Shown here: piece by piece, positions 1 to 9,035 of the stretch | Layout of the letters: every line of letters begins with the position of its first letter | Numbering within the stretch: the first letter of the stretch is position 1 | Source: an uncultured Gammaproteobacteria bacterium | GTDB lineage: Bacteria; Patescibacteriota; Patescibacteriia; Magasanikbacterales; GWA2-37-8 | Direction of reading: 5' to 3' | Length of the DNA stretch: 64,000 nucleotides | Assembly (NCBI GenBank): GCA_964596525.1 | Contig: CAZQUL010000001.1 | Coordinates: forward strand, 1,212,312 to 1,276,311 | The notes under the pieces: model-generated | What the model saw: the letters and a program-made list of their open reading frames with translations, nothing else | Told to the model about the DNA's origin: nothing | The model's database searches: none | Made by a program: the position numbers and the translations under genes

Positions 1-278
1 AAAAATCAGGCTTAGTGCCAAAAGCACGCCTACTACCAACGAGTTAAAAAATTTCTTGATATTCATACGTTTAAAACAAAAATCCCTGTCGGCAGGAAGG
101 GATTCAGAAGAGCCCCCTCCACTCTTCGCCTTCACCCTAACAGAAGGACGAAATAATTGCAAAATCGAACTTTCAAGCAAGCCTAGCACCCCACAGCTTT
201 GACTAACGACACATCGTGAACTAGACTTCTAAAGTGCCCATGAGGCATGCAACCACACTCGATCAAAGAGGGTAGCTC

Positions 279-935
279 ATGAAGGTTCTACGACCGCTTC
301 TGTTTCTCGGAGTCGCCGCGTGTTTCTCGGTATTCCATCTGTCCGGGCGGAGTTTCACCGCCGGGCGCGACACGGCAGCCGGTCCCTTGGCCGGCGATAT
401 GGGTACGCCCATGGACGGCGGCCTGTCGCTCGATGACTGCAAGAAAACCTGGGGAGTGAAGGGCTATTCCCTCCTCGACATCCCGGCCAATCCCTCGAGC
501 GGCTTTCATCCGAATGGCGCACAATGCCCCAAGGTTATCTGCGTTCCGGAGCGGGGAACCTACGTCGAGCGTCCGTACTGCACCATCGAGAACCAGGGAG
601 ATGGAGACGCAGAGTGGCAGTATACCGCCATTATGGTGGACATTTCTGCCACTGGTTCTAGCCGCCAAGGCCTGACGCTCCACACCACGTATGACGACGG
701 TTCACGCTATTCCAAACCGATCGAAACCGGAACGTGGTATGTCTTTGGCAGAAAAAACGACGGCAGTAGCGCCAAGCTCTACGAAACATACATCTCCGCC
801 TGGCCTTTTACGGGCACGCCGCTCCCGACCATCAAGCGATTGCGCTATGACCTGGCGAAGCGTGCGGTTACGATTGAGGACTGCCCGACGGGCGGACGCG
901 ACTACCGGTACTGCTCCGTCTGGAACGGCCTGTAA
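279..935 (+). CDS. Hypothetical secreted protein with an N-terminal signal peptide
   Basis: ATG at 279 opens a 218-aa ORF with a hydrophobic N-terminus (LLFLGVAACFSVF). A hairpin terminator lies just downstream. No recognisable family. Confidence 0.5.
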   Translation: MKVLRPLLFLGVAACFSVFHLSGRSFTAGRDTAAGPLAGDMGTPMDGGLSLDDCKKTWGVKGYSLLDIPANPSSGFHPNGAQCPKVICVPERGTYVERPYCTIENQGDGDAEWQYTAIMVDISATGSSRQGLTLHTTYDDGSRYSKPIETGTWYVFGRKNDGSSAKLYETYISAWPFTGTPLPTIKRLRYDLAKRAVTIEDCPTGGRDYRYCSVWNGL

Positions 936-960
936 ACCGGACTCCCTACGAGACCCACAA

Positions 961-990
961 CCTGACATGAAGTATCATGTCAGGTTTTTA
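961..990 (+). terminator. Rho-independent terminator
   Basis: The 10-bp inverted repeat cctgacatga/tcatgtcagg is followed by ttttta directly after the 279-935 CDS. Confidence 0.6.
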
Positions 991-1023
991 TAAACTATTA
1001 ATAACGAAATGTACGATCTAAAA

Positions 1024-1090
1024 TATTCAATTCAAAAAACGCACGCCGCAGATATTCTGAGCTTAGAGCTCAGGCATCTGCTCGTGCGTT
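1024..1090 (-). terminator. Putative rho-independent terminator for the minus-strand gene 1122-2321
   Basis: Stem aacgcacg(1038-1045)/cgtgcgtt(1083-1090) with an inner palindrome gagcttagagctc. On the minus strand it is followed by TTTTTTGAATTGAATATTT. Confidence 0.4.
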
Positions 1091-1121
1091 GATACGATGA
1101 ACCGGCTGAATCTTTTTGCCA

Positions 1122-2321
1122 CTACCTCATGAGCGACAGGACGGCTTCGGTTTTTCTACGCTCTTCAGCCTCGTAGCGCAGGCGTTTCTCGACGAGCTTC
1201 TTGCCCGCGGGAATGATCTGTCGGAGCTTCTCGACAAGCGCCAGATCATCGGGATATTCGCGTATGACATGTTCTGCCAAATCGACATCCTCTTGGTTGT
1301 AGAGGCCGAAGGAATTACCCTCCGTCTCATTCTCCAGGACGATGAAGTGTGCGATACGTCGGCGCAGCTCACGGTACTGATCCCCAGCGAGAACCTGGAG
1401 GATCCTTCTCAGATGGTACGACTTGATAAGCCCGCGATTTTTGGCCGAAGGAATACGCAAGAGAAAAGCGAGTTGGTCGGCGAAGAGCTCCGCGGTATAC
1501 GGAATTTTACCATCGTGGCTGTAGAATCCACTTTGGACATGCTCTGCAAAACGCTTAAGCGCCCCTTCATGTTGGTGTCGCGGTGAGGCATCACCTGACT
1601 CTTCCGTGAGAACGATCGTTTGCAGCTCAAGCGTGGCTAACCGCTTCCACTTCTCTGGTACCGGCGCGCCGAGCATGACGGGAAACGGGTTATAACCCGA
1701 GAAATCATCAAACGTGTCAAAGGCCACAGCATCGTTGATTCCCCACACCTCGAAAAGCCGGGCTGCCAATCCGTCTTCTTCGGGGAGGATGGCAAGAAAG
1801 TCAATGATGTAGAGGTTGTACACGTCGAGGGTCTGACGGGTATTCCGAAGAGGCTCGACCGAGAATTCTTTGGCGATCGCCATGTAGAGGAGGATCAACT
1901 CAGCAGTGACGATCCAAAGGTGCTCGGACAGCTTTTCGACCTTGACCGGTCGTCGATCCCTCAAAAAAAGCAGGTTACTAGCCGCATCTTCATCGCGCCA
2001 CGTAAAAGGCAATACGCCGCAGTATGGGGCCAGGAGAATCGCGATCGCCCTGATCTTAAACTCATCGCGGACATCGGACTCGATGAGTGCCGCGAGCCGC
2101 CGCCAATCATCGCGTGGCTTAAGATTAACCCACTTCTCCCATGCTTCTCCTCCGGCGTCGGTGAAAAGGCTTTTGAAATAATCGTGCAGACGCTGCAAAC
2201 TCGGAAGTGCGGACATGTTTGCCCCTTTTTCTGCAGGCATCCTGGGCTCCTGCGACCCCTGTGTTATCTTCAATAGCGAAGAATAACAAGAGAAAATATC
2301 AAACTTAGCGCACCATGTCAA
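1122..2321 (-). CDS. Hypothetical protein (about 370-399 aa, predicted mostly helical); the true start is possibly the internal Met at MSALPSLQRL
   Basis: A long ORF with host-like GC and no family I can recognise by eye. Confidence 0.45.
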   Translation of the reverse strand: MTWCAKFDIFSCYSSLLKITQGSQEPRMPAEKGANMSALPSLQRLHDYFKSLFTDAGGEAWEKWVNLKPRDDWRRLAALIESDVRDEFKIRAIAILLAPYCGVLPFTWRDEDAASNLLFLRDRRPVKVEKLSEHLWIVTAELILLYMAIAKEFSVEPLRNTRQTLDVYNLYIIDFLAILPEEDGLAARLFEVWGINDAVAFDTFDDFSGYNPFPVMLGAPVPEKWKRLATLELQTIVLTEESGDASPRHQHEGALKRFAEHVQSGFYSHDGKIPYTAELFADQLAFLLRIPSAKNRGLIKSYHLRRILQVLAGDQYRELRRRIAHFIVLENETEGNSFGLYNQEDVDLAEHVIREYPDDLALVEKLRQIIPAGKKLVEKRLRYEAEERRKTEAVLSLMR

Positions 2322-2451
2322 AAATATACGGGTTTTAAGGATTTTGTATTTACCGCCTAAGCAGATGTGTTAGACTAGATTAATACTGTTTCCCTACGGG
2401 TGCGCAGTATTAAAATACGGACTTTATACACACCACGCACCATTCACCACT

Positions 2452-3063
2452 ATGTCCACATTTCTTTTTAAAGAACGATCGGTCTTGATTGCGCTCGCGA
2501 TGATTGCCATTTTGGGCTTCGCAGGATGTGGGGAGATTTCATCAATATCAAACCGCCCAACAACTACGCCAACATCCCTAGCCGCACCTTCCTCGGCCAA
2601 TTCCATTCTCCCACCGACATCAACTACTACCGAGAAACAGATAGTGTGGTGCAATACCGCCGCGCAAACCGCATCGGGTGTAAAAAATATTACAGACGAC
2701 GCGGTCTGGATCTCGGTAGAAAATTTTAACGGCATGATACACGAACCAAACGTGTATCATGCCTGCCGTGGCGAATCGGAAATATTCAACTTTAGTGCAG
2801 CGGATGATTATAAAGTAACAGCAGAAAAACACATGGTAGTAGTAGCGCGTGCACGAGGAAAAATGATCATCGGTGGATTTGACCCAGCGGTTGGCCGGCC
2901 GCCTACTAATGAGGCAGCACTACCATTCCGGCGCATCCTCTACGCTCCAGACGCAAAAAATCCGAAGGGTCTTCCTGTGGCACTCTACTATGCCAGCGGG
3001 GACACCAAAACCGAGGCGGAATTAATAAAAATAGTGGAAACAGTTGTACAAAAAGCCAATTGA
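2452..3063 (+). CDS. Hypothetical lipoprotein (signal peptide plus lipobox GFAGC)
   Basis: N-terminus MSTFLFKERSVLIALAMIAILGFAGCGE; the Thr/Ser/Pro-rich linker is typical of a lipoprotein. Confidence 0.5.
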   Translation: MSTFLFKERSVLIALAMIAILGFAGCGEISSISNRPTTTPTSLAAPSSANSILPPTSTTTEKQIVWCNTAAQTASGVKNITDDAVWISVENFNGMIHEPNVYHACRGESEIFNFSAADDYKVTAEKHMVVVARARGKMIIGGFDPAVGRPPTNEAALPFRRILYAPDAKNPKGLPVALYYASGDTKTEAELIKIVETVVQKAN

Positions 3064-3080
3064 AACAACTTACTTGCAAC

Positions 3081-3111
3081 AAAATAACGCTTTCTAAAGC
3101 GTTATTTTGTT
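3081..3111. terminator. Bidirectional hairpin terminator between convergent genes
   Basis: Perfect stem aaataacgcttt/aaagcgttattt with loop ctaa, flanked by A- and T-runs. Confidence 0.55.
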
Positions 3112-3127
3112 GATGAGCCCCGTAATT

Positions 3128-3643
3128 TTACTGGCGGACTCCCCCGATCTCATCCATGCGCTGAAATGGAAACGGACACGCGGCGCGATATTCGTCGATG
3201 CGATCATTGGTCGCTTTGTCGAGTTCGATATGCTCGACGTGGAACGATCGGTCTTCTTTTATATCGAACCCGGTGATGAGCACGGCTTTGTTTACAAAAG
3301 GCTCCAAATCAACGGTCGAGCTCGCGATATTCAAACCGGAGAAGGATCGACAGACCACTTTTTTGCTGCCACGCTCGATGACGAACAATCCATATGTATA
3401 AGAACCCCATTCCCACTGCGACATGCTATAATTCGACGGATCAATCACCTCGGGACGTTTGATAAGAAACACGAACGAGCGACTAAGCCATTGATAGATA
3501 TTCGGGCCGCGGGCTGGATCGAAGTTCCAGTTTTCAACCAATTCGAAGCGTTCTTGCTGACGGACATAGGCATAGGCGAAGTAGGCAACCACAGCGCCAA
3601 AAAGAACTACGAGAAAGATTAGTATTTTTGTTTTCATATTCAA
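3128..3643 (-). CDS. Hypothetical membrane-anchored protein
   Basis: N-terminal TM segment (ILIFLVVLFGAVVAYFAYAY); 171 aa. Confidence 0.5.
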   Translation of the reverse strand: MNMKTKILIFLVVLFGAVVAYFAYAYVRQQERFELVENWNFDPARGPNIYQWLSRSFVFLIKRPEVIDPSNYSMSQWEWGSYTYGLFVIERGSKKVVCRSFSGLNIASSTVDLEPFVNKAVLITGFDIKEDRSFHVEHIELDKATNDRIDEYRAACPFPFQRMDEIGGVRQ

Positions 3644-3680
3644 ATACGTATGGTCTAAAAGATAGGGTGATTATCGGTAG

Positions 3681-4532
3681 TTACCGAGCATCTTCGACTG
3701 CGCATTCTTCGTCGAGCACCTGTTTGGTTGTTGTAACACCACCATCGGCGTATACGGTAGTAGTGATTTCGCACTGCAGATCAACATTTCGAGAGTCGCC
3801 ACGCTGATAATCTTTTTCCAAATTACGCCACTCCCGTGTTTCAAGCAGACGAAAATGCCCAGCAGTTAATTGGTAGATGCTTCGTGAAGCGCCGACCCCC
3901 GGCAAGTTGCGGACGATAAGGCGTTGGTTGGTTTTGTCGAATGCTATATCGTTAAAAGCAATAGCCGCGAGCTCATCTGTCAGGGAGCTGGTAACGAACG
4001 TTCCAGTTTTAGTGTTATATACCCAATACTGGTACGAACCCCATTTGGCGCCACCATTAACGAGCACTCCGATATCCCCGTATTCGTCGAAGTTGATATC
4101 CTGGACGGTAAAAAAGAGCGGAACATTCTCGGCTTGCCACATGTTGGGGTTGAGCGCAATGGTCTGAAGCGGCTTTATGAGCTCATTATCGCGGAAAATA
4201 TCAATGCGTCCCGATGTAGTAGCGGTGAAGGAAATGACACGAAAAACATAGACAGGCTTTTGCGGATGGATGGAAACTTTAAAATAAAACGCACGCTGAT
4301 CCCGCAATGCGGCATCTTTATGTTTCAAACCAAAACCATCGAAGTCTTGTTCCGTAAACACGCGGTTTTTTAATGACTCAAGAGATGTTTTAATTTCTGA
4401 GGCAGCAGAAACTGTCGATGAAGTGGTGGGTGAAGGGATACTCTTTTCTCCGGAAACAAAGCTCTTTTCTTGAACGCAGCCCGCTCCGGTAAAAATAATG
4501 AACGCCGCCCCAAAAAATAAAATCTGTTTCAT
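3681..4532 (-). CDS. Hypothetical lipoprotein; start set at the internal Met MKQILFFGAAFIIFTGAGC
   Basis: Signal peptide plus lipobox at the internal Met (catatg at 4530-4532). The upstream extension in the ORF track lacks any signal and looks spurious. Confidence 0.5.
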   Translation of the reverse strand: MKQILFFGAAFIIFTGAGCVQEKSFVSGEKSIPSPTTSSTVSAASEIKTSLESLKNRVFTEQDFDGFGLKHKDAALRDQRAFYFKVSIHPQKPVYVFRVISFTATTSGRIDIFRDNELIKPLQTIALNPNMWQAENVPLFFTVQDINFDEYGDIGVLVNGGAKWGSYQYWVYNTKTGTFVTSSLTDELAAIAFNDIAFDKTNQRLIVRNLPGVGASRSIYQLTAGHFRLLETREWRNLEKDYQRGDSRNVDLQCEITTTVYADGGVTTTKQVLDEECAVEDAR

Positions 4533-4860
4533 ATGATTAGGGAAAGTTCGATGTTCACAGATTACATCGAAGCCACTTGCAGAACAAGGAAAATTGTTAC
4601 AAAGAAGCACGAAACCACCGCCCTGTATGAACGGTGGCTTCTCTTCTTGATATTAAACTATTCTTTGGGTGCATCCGACGCTCCCTCTTTGGTTTCCGTT
4701 TCATCATTCTGCTCTTCGGTACCTGGCTGGCGATTTTCTTCGTTCATATGCGCGAGGTTAAAAGTAAACAACGTAGGTACTATGGCAAGCGAACAAGAGA
4801 AGAACAACAAGAGCAGTGGATAAGTTTTGATCGTAATCTTATTTTTTGCAGAAAAAAATT

Positions 4861-4889
4861 TTGTATGGCGCTACTACAGCTTGTATACT
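4861..4889 (+). promoter_or_regulatory. Sigma70-like promoter (-35 ttgtat, 17-nt spacer, -10 tatact) upstream of the metalloprotease gene
   Basis: ttgtat(4861-4866) N17 tatact(4884-4889), followed by RBS ggaggag about 8 nt before ATG 4916. Confidence 0.4.
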
Positions 4890-4915
4890 GTTAAAAACCT
4901 GCACGGAGGAGGACA

Positions 4916-5701
4916 ATGAGAAGAAATCTGGCACTTGCCCTCTTTATCAGCTGCCTATCCAGCTGCGTTGCGGAAAGTTTTCACAGTATTGTTTATCGTA
5001 CTGCGGAGCCCTTCCGTATCACCATTGGATACACCAAATTCGCCGCACCCAACGTGACAGTGATCGGCGGTATGGTAGCGCCGGCAGAATTTGTCTGCCA
5101 CAACGTGCGCAAACTGCTGCCGGACAAAAAATGCATCGTACCCAAGACGCTCAAGGAAATGACGCGGTTTGATGTCGCAAGTCCGCCACGGGGATATACG
5201 CGCAGGCAGCTTGAGGAAATGGCCGCCAAGCTCCCCTATTATCCATCGACCCTCAAGATGCTTTTCGTGGATGGTCCATCGCCCAACCGCGCGGCCAACG
5301 CCCGACACTGGCGCCCCGGACCGCTCAACAGCGAACTCGTCATTATCTACACCGCGGAAATCAACGCCAATTTCGAAGAGCTTAACCCGCGCAACACGAC
5401 CGACACAACGGAATGGCGCGAGCGACGCAATCTGTACGAGGCTAAAATTGTCGTGCATGAGATCGGACATGCACTAGGACTCGTTAACCTGGGAGTTCCC
5501 GAAAAAACACGACATCGGCACCCATACGCCAAACACCACTGCCGCAATGTTTCGTGTGTCATGCACTATGGCGTTAAAAATGTGACGAGTGCGGATTTTA
5601 CCGCATGGAAAGCACGCCATCGGGCAGTGGGATGGGAGGCAGACGTCGTGTTTGACGGATGGTGTATAGAAGATATACAAACCAGCACGAGAAAAAAATA
5701 A
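4916..5701 (+). CDS. Archaemetzincin-like (M54-type) zinc metalloprotease, predicted lipoprotein
   Basis: HEIGHALGL...H...HHC....SCVMHYG matches the archaemetzincin HExxHxxGx3CX4CXM pattern. N-terminal lipoprotein signal (LFISCLSSC). Confidence 0.6.
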   Translation: MRRNLALALFISCLSSCVAESFHSIVYRTAEPFRITIGYTKFAAPNVTVIGGMVAPAEFVCHNVRKLLPDKKCIVPKTLKEMTRFDVASPPRGYTRRQLEEMAAKLPYYPSTLKMLFVDGPSPNRAANARHWRPGPLNSELVIIYTAEINANFEELNPRNTTDTTEWRERRNLYEAKIVVHEIGHALGLVNLGVPEKTRHRHPYAKHHCRNVSCVMHYGVKNVTSADFTAWKARHRAVGWEADVVFDGWCIEDIQTSTRKK

Positions 5702-5703
5702 CA

Positions 5704-5731
5704 ACCCCCGGAGACGGGGGTTTGGTTATTT
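5704..5731. terminator. Bidirectional hairpin terminator
   Basis: cccccg gaga cggggg followed by tttggttattt. It lies between the convergent genes ending at 5701 and 5739. Confidence 0.5.
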
Positions 5732-5738
5732 CTATGGA

Positions 5739-6041
5739 TTAGGATTTTTCAAGGCTTGCGTAACGATCGACTAACGCTTTCGCCTCATCAATTGCCTTTT
5801 TAATATTTTCATCAGCAAATGTTTCTGGCACACCTTCTACATCTTCCTCTTTACGAAAATGACCATTTATTTTTTCAAGACCGGGAAGAACTTTGGAAAT
5901 TTCGGTTACTATTCCATCCCGCTCTTCGTTCCGCGCCCAGGCATGCATCGAGGTGAGACGTTCCTGGAGTTCACCGGCGCGTTTTTGGAGCATTTCTTTT
6001 TCAAATTTGGGTTCGAACATGACTTTTTGTTCGGGGTTCAT
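5739..6041 (-). CDS. Small acidic hypothetical protein (100 aa) next to the distal end of the CRISPR array
   Basis: Uninterrupted ORF with an AT-rich upstream region; predicted helical; no recognisable family. Confidence 0.4.
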   Translation of the reverse strand: MNPEQKVMFEPKFEKEMLQKRAGELQERLTSMHAWARNEERDGIVTEISKVLPGLEKINGHFRKEEDVEGVPETFADENIKKAIDEAKALVDRYASLEKS

Positions 6042-6138
6042 AGAATTTTATCTAACTAAAATATAAAATAGCTTCTTAATTATAACAAATTTTATAGATT
6101 CCTGCCCAGCAATAAATTAAAATCTCTTCTCAGCGGAG

Positions 6139-7050
6139 ATCTACAAAAGTAGAAATCGAATGTATGTATTAGAGCTCGATGTTAACGATCCCACCGCCAA
6201 ATCTACAAAAGTAGAAATCGAATGTATGTATTAGAGCGGGGAGAATTGAACGTGGACAAATTATCTACAAAAGTAGAAATCGAATGTATGTATTAGAGAA
6301 CCCGGGCCTTATAAGGCCGCTCACATCTACAAAAGTAGAAATCGAATGTATGTATTAGAGAACCCGGGCCTTATAAGGCCGCTCACATCTACAAAAGTAG
6401 AAATCGAATGTATGTATTAGAGATTAATTTCCATGCCACGGGTGAACTGAATCTACAAAAGTAGAAATCGAATGTATGTATTAGAGTATTTTTGGGTGGG
6501 GGGAGTACCAACCATCTACAAAAGTAGAAATCGAATGTATGTATTAGAGCCGAGAGAAGATTCAGGAGCAAAACGCATCTACAAAAGTAGAAATCGAATG
6601 TATGTATTAGAGAAAAAGACGGTGAAAGTTTTGAGCAAGATCTACAAAAGTAGAAATCGAATGTATGTATTAGAGTTCAAGATGGCATGCCGTACGACAA
6701 TATCTACAAAAGTAGAAATCGAATGTATGTATTAGAGAAATGGTGATGATGAACGCTTATTGAAATCTACAAAAGTAGAAATCGAATGTATGTATTAGAG
6801 AGCGAGACCATCAGTTTGCGAGAAGACGATCTACAAAAGTAGAAATCGAATGTATGTATTAGAGTGGCACGACAGGAAGCGCGATTGCAATCTACAAAAG
6901 TAGAAATCGAATGTATGTATTAGAGGATCGCTGAATCAAGATGCTCTTACATCTACAAAAGTAGAAATCGAATGTATGTATTAGAGTGCTAAGAATCGCG
7001 CAAAAAAATCTGCTATCTACAAAAGTAGAAATCGAATGTATGTATTAGAG
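6139..7050 (-). CRISPR. Type V-A (Cas12a) CRISPR array of 15 repeats and 14 spacers, transcribed on the minus strand. The 36-bp repeat reads CTCTAATACATACATTCGATTTCTACTTTTGTAGAT on the transcribed strand.
   Basis: 15 exact copies of atctacaaaagtagaaatcgaatgtatgtattagag begin at 6139, 6201, 6263, 6325, 6387, 6451, 6514, 6577, 6640, 6702, 6765, 6829, 6890, 6951 and 7015. Spacers are 25-28 nt. The repeat 3' end on the minus strand is the Cas12a crRNA hairpin AUUUCUACUUUUGUAGAU. Confidence 0.95.
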
Positions 7051-7217
7051 TCCAACTTTCGCTCTGTTGAGCATAAAAAAGATACAAACCCCGCGAATGC
7101 GGCGGCGACTTTTGGGCCCAACAGAGCGAAACCGAAAAAATAAGGACGGAGGTTTTGGCAATACAGACACACCGATTTCTCCCTACCCGAAGGTAAGGCA
7201 GATTGAGTTGTCAAAGT
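7051..7217 (-). promoter_or_regulatory. CRISPR leader between cas2 and the first, newest repeat
   Basis: Non-coding 167 bp between the cas2 stop (7218) and repeat 15 (7015-7050). It contains a 12-bp inverted repeat ttcgctctgttg(7057-7068)/caacagagcgaa(7113-7124). Confidence 0.5.
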
Positions 7218-7499
7218 TCATTCAAAGACGACCACTTCTTGTTCTTCATTGACCGCGTATCCGTAACGATAGATCTTTTTTTCGCAACCAATGCACAGAG
7301 GAAATATAACAATGCTATCGGCGTTTGTAAAGTGCGGCGCATAGCTCATTTCGATCTCCGCGATGATATTGTCGAGTGCGCGCGGACTGTTCTTTATTTC
7401 GAACACCGAGTACTGCAAACGTCGTCCGTATTTCTCCAAAAATTTTGAAAAACGAGAGCGCCGACGGTTCGACTCAAAATCGTAAGAGGCGATAAACAT
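7218..7499 (-). CDS. cas2: CRISPR-associated endoribonuclease Cas2
   Basis: 93 aa with the Cas2 hallmarks MFIASYDF...RRRSRFSKFLEKYGRRLQYSVFE. Sits 3 nt downstream of the cas1 stop. Confidence 0.85.
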   Translation of the reverse strand: MFIASYDFESNRRRSRFSKFLEKYGRRLQYSVFEIKNSPRALDNIIAEIEMSYAPHFTNADSIVIFPLCIGCEKKIYRYGYAVNEEQEVVVFE

Positions 7500-7502
7500 A
7501 CG

Positions 7503-8471
7503 CTATAGCGAGAATGTCGGAAATGGTCTTTTCTGATCACTAGGCAAATCCATTTCATTGAAAATATAGAAATAGAACGAATGAATATACTTAAACACTT
7601 CTTCTTTGCGATCCATAATCGCCTGCGCGAAAATCGTTGTATATTTTTTCTGATGCTCGTACATAATTTTCCACTCCCCTTTTTCCTCAAAAAAATCTTT
7701 TTCGTCGATCTGTTTCAAGTTGTATGATTTGACGAGTTGACGCTCGATAATGCAACGCATCGGTTCCATCAAATCACAAGCCAAGGACTTACGCTGGAAG
7801 AAAAGTTTGTGGTAGAAGCCCTTATACGTATCGAGACCATGCAGCGACAGGAGAGCACCCGTAACATGGAAAAGAAACGTATAGCCGATATCGAGAAGCG
7901 TATTATTGATATCCACTTTAGTACGCGGCATACGGCGGTACCATTTTATATCCCTAAAATAAGCCTGATAAAATTCTTTACTCGCAACGCCTTCGAGACC
8001 AAGAAGCGATTCGCCACTATTGACACTCATTACTTTAGCCAATTTTTCAGCAAGCCAGTCATCGCCAATCTGGCTACGTTCTTTAAGCAAGAAGTGTTGA
8101 TTTTTAATTTTGTTGGCCACGATCAGTTTTGCCATAGTCAGTTCCTGATCCGAGGTCAGAGCGTACTGTTTGCCACGCAAGATAAAATTACCGGCGGCTT
8201 CGGACGGAATTTCGGCATAGCATTTCAAGTTGTCGCCGAGCAGGAAGATAGAAACTCCATACTCGATGCACTTACGGATGAGCGGCGAGCTGATAGTGCA
8301 CGTACCGGTAATAAAGAGCGCCAAGATTTTATGGCACGAGAGCTGGTTTATTACCTCACCATCGCGCCGCAGGCAGACGTTTTCGTTCTTGAACGAGAGG
8401 TTGTTTTCTTTAAGATCGCTGCCGTTAATAAAGAGGATCTGTTTTTCACGGAAGTCAGGTAAGCTGATCAT
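7503..8471 (-). CDS. cas1: CRISPR-associated integrase Cas1
   Basis: 322 aa with a Cas1-like fold and conserved acidic/His positions. Its ATG overlaps the cas4 stop (ATGA). Confidence 0.9.
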   Translation of the reverse strand: MISLPDFREKQILFINGSDLKENNLSFKNENVCLRRDGEVINQLSCHKILALFITGTCTISSPLIRKCIEYGVSIFLLGDNLKCYAEIPSEAAGNFILRGKQYALTSDQELTMAKLIVANKIKNQHFLLKERSQIGDDWLAEKLAKVMSVNSGESLLGLEGVASKEFYQAYFRDIKWYRRMPRTKVDINNTLLDIGYTFLFHVTGALLSLHGLDTYKGFYHKLFFQRKSLACDLMEPMRCIIERQLVKSYNLKQIDEKDFFEEKGEWKIMYEHQKKYTTIFAQAIMDRKEEVFKYIHSFYFYIFNEMDLPSDQKRPFPTFSL

Positions 8472-9034
8472 AGGTTTTCGGGCACATCATCACGGCAGAG
8501 CGGGCGGTAGATGCACTGCGCGCATTTGTTAAGATTGGTTTGGAGTTGCCAGTTAGCTGGATTGCGGTCATCGCGCATACGGGCGATGAAAGCGAAGAAT
8601 GGCTCGAGATCTTTGTCGGTCGGCCTGGCTATCGGGTAGCGCTTGTTGTCGTCGAGCGAGCGGATAACAAGGCTTTCGACCGGGCACCCCATTTCTTCAA
8701 GGCAGATCAGCTGCGCGTAGAGCTGGTAACGGTAACCGTCGAAAACCTGTTTCACTTTCTTCTTGCGTTCGATGAGTAGTTTCTTATCAGCGTCGTAGAT
8801 GTCGATCTTGCCCGCGAGCCCGTGCACATCGGAGTACACGGGCATGCCGACGCGGTAACGCTTGAGCGAAGAATACGTTCCTTTATCGATGGCTTCATGC
8901 GCGATCTTGCCAGCGGTCTGGTAATGGCTATGGTAGGTTTCGGTATTGAAGTTATCGTAGATGGTTTTGAGGTAAACCGAGCGCGGGCAGAAGATGAAGT
9001 CGTTGAGTTTAGAGATTTGGATGTAGGAGTCCAT
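8468..9034 (-). CDS. cas4: CRISPR-associated Cas4 (RecB-like nuclease with an Fe-S cluster)
   Basis: About 188 aa with a Cys at the N-terminus plus C-terminal CxxCxxxxxC (NKCAQCIYRPLC) and a RecB-nuclease core. The ATG at 9032-9034 sits 1 nt from the cas12a stop. Confidence 0.85.
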   Translation of the reverse strand: MDSYIQISKLNDFIFCPRSVYLKTIYDNFNTETYHSHYQTAGKIAHEAIDKGTYSSLKRYRVGMPVYSDVHGLAGKIDIYDADKKLLIERKKKVKQVFDGYRYQLYAQLICLEEMGCPVESLVIRSLDDNKRYPIARPTDKDLEPFFAFIARMRDDRNPANWQLQTNLNKCAQCIYRPLCRDDVPENL

Positions 9035-9035
9035 G

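Noticed and set aside
6389-7214. ORF-track entries 6389-6571(-), 6472-6735(+) and 7017-7214(-) overlapping the CRISPR array and leader
   Set aside because: Their peptides are internally repetitive (IYKSRNRMYVLE repeated) because they translate the 36-bp repeats. They are array artefacts, not genes.
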